Assembly (NCBI GenBank): GCA_030141605.1
Contig: JAQGDQ010000769.1
Span: forward strand, 34,823 to 98,822
From: Tubiluchus corallicola
Taxonomy: Eukaryota > Animalia > Priapulida
DNA: 64,000 nt
Direction of reading: 5' to 3'
Positions 62,831 to 64,000 of the stretch are shown here, piece by piece. The position numbers and the translations under genes were made by a program. The notes below the pieces were generated by a model. The model searched no databases. It was given only the letters and a program-made list of their open reading frames with translations, and was not told the origin of the DNA. The stretch's first letter is position 1; every line of letters begins with the position of its first letter.

Positions 62831-63468
62831 GATAAAGTTCAATGTAATCAGTGCAGTATCAAGAATCTGCCAACAGTAAATTTTTTAATAATTGCACTTG
62901 CAAAACGGTTAGGCCATTAGGGATTACAGTTGTCTCAATGAAAGTGATTTTCTTCAAACTTTTAGAAATAGTACTCGGAACAAAATATATAGACACCACA
63001 TCAGTTGACAAACAAACGCATGTCCTAACTAATACAGTATAGTTTCATTTGCTTAAAAAACAATAAAAATCGATAACCAAAACCAAACGTGGAACATAAA
63101 TGGAGAAATAAAGAACTCGGGACGAAAAGTGAGACAAAAAACAGACTGTATAATAAATATACGTAACATAAAATTATTGAAAATTTCAACGAAAACAAAG
63201 GATCATGTATAACTGTTATACTGCTAAGCTATAACCATAAGAATAAAGACTGTGTTTAATTTGACTGTGGTTGATAATGCAACCGCACATTCTATATTAT
63301 AGTAGACTTTGAATCATTAGAAAGAAAATAGTTGGCTCAAAACACCAAGAGATTGTAAGCTGGTCAAACGAGTATGGGTAAATGTATTACCAATAACTGG
63401 AACAAAAAAATCAACTTTACCTAACATAATAAAATTAAAACGATCTTACAGTTACATCAGGTTACATC

Positions 63469-64000
63469 TCAGTTAGTCGCATTAGAGCAGTCTGTTTCCA
63501 AATGTGTAGTGTAACGCTTCAGATCTTCCAAACTAGAAATCTCAGTTATGTCAGTCCCTCCGGTCAGTTTTATGAAAACTCGGCCATCACGGGTCCAGGT
63601 GGCGCACTTTTTCATTTTTGCCATCTCCCTTGTATGTTTATAGATGCGAGCACTCAAACTCGACAAGTGTTCGTTAATGTAAATTCTGTTGTTGTTCTTG
63701 CTCGCATCAAAGTCACCGAAATTGTGCGCTCTGCACGTCTTTAATTTAGTTTTATTACGAAGCAGCTCACGTTTCTTCCTTTTACTATTAAATCTAACGA
63801 TGATAGGAAAACACAGTTCCGGTCTGCTACTAGGTACTCGGTGAGCAGTATTAATTTCGTACAGCTCCACTTTAACACCAATATGGTTAGCTACATCTAA
63901 AACTATCTTGACTGCATCCTCGGCGTTTGTTTCTGGTATACCAATAATTTCAAGGCAGTCATTTCTCTGGTACCTCTCTAACTTGTTGATTTTTTTCTAT
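63469..64000 (-). mobile_element. LINE ORF1-like (baculovirus FP-like/L1 ORF1 type) coding fragment, open at the window edge
   Basis: LERYQRNDCLEIIGIP, INTAHRVP, PIIVRF, RIYINEHLS, WTRDGRVFIK and ISSLEDL. Confidence 0.8.

Overview
AT-rich eukaryotic genomic DNA, most likely from an invertebrate animal (spliceosomal GT-AG introns, CR1/L2/Rex1-type LINE relics, Bel-Pao, Penelope-like, Helitron and MITE debris, microsatellites). All eight intact protein-coding genes I can recognise in the 64 kb encode Golgi-type (type II membrane) glycan-modifying enzymes from six different families. These are three GT11 alpha-1,2-fucosyltransferase-like genes, a CHST8-14/HNK-1ST-type carbohydrate sulfotransferase, a Gal3ST-type galactose-3-O-sulfotransferase, a GT31-like galactosyltransferase, a GT92 glycosyltransferase and an uncharacterised GT-A-fold glycosyltransferase. 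I could not recognise any unrelated host gene between them, so the window looks like a biosynthetic gene cluster for a fucosylated, sulfated, galactose-containing glycan. I rebuilt three two-exon genes that the ORF track splits, each with matching splice phase. The Gal3ST gene is nested antisense in the 7.8 kb intron of the GT31 gene, between Helitron-like termini and next to a duplicate of the GT31 upstream region. One fucosyltransferase lies in the spacer of a near-perfect 2 kb inverted duplication. All family calls come from motifs recognised by eye; no database search was run.
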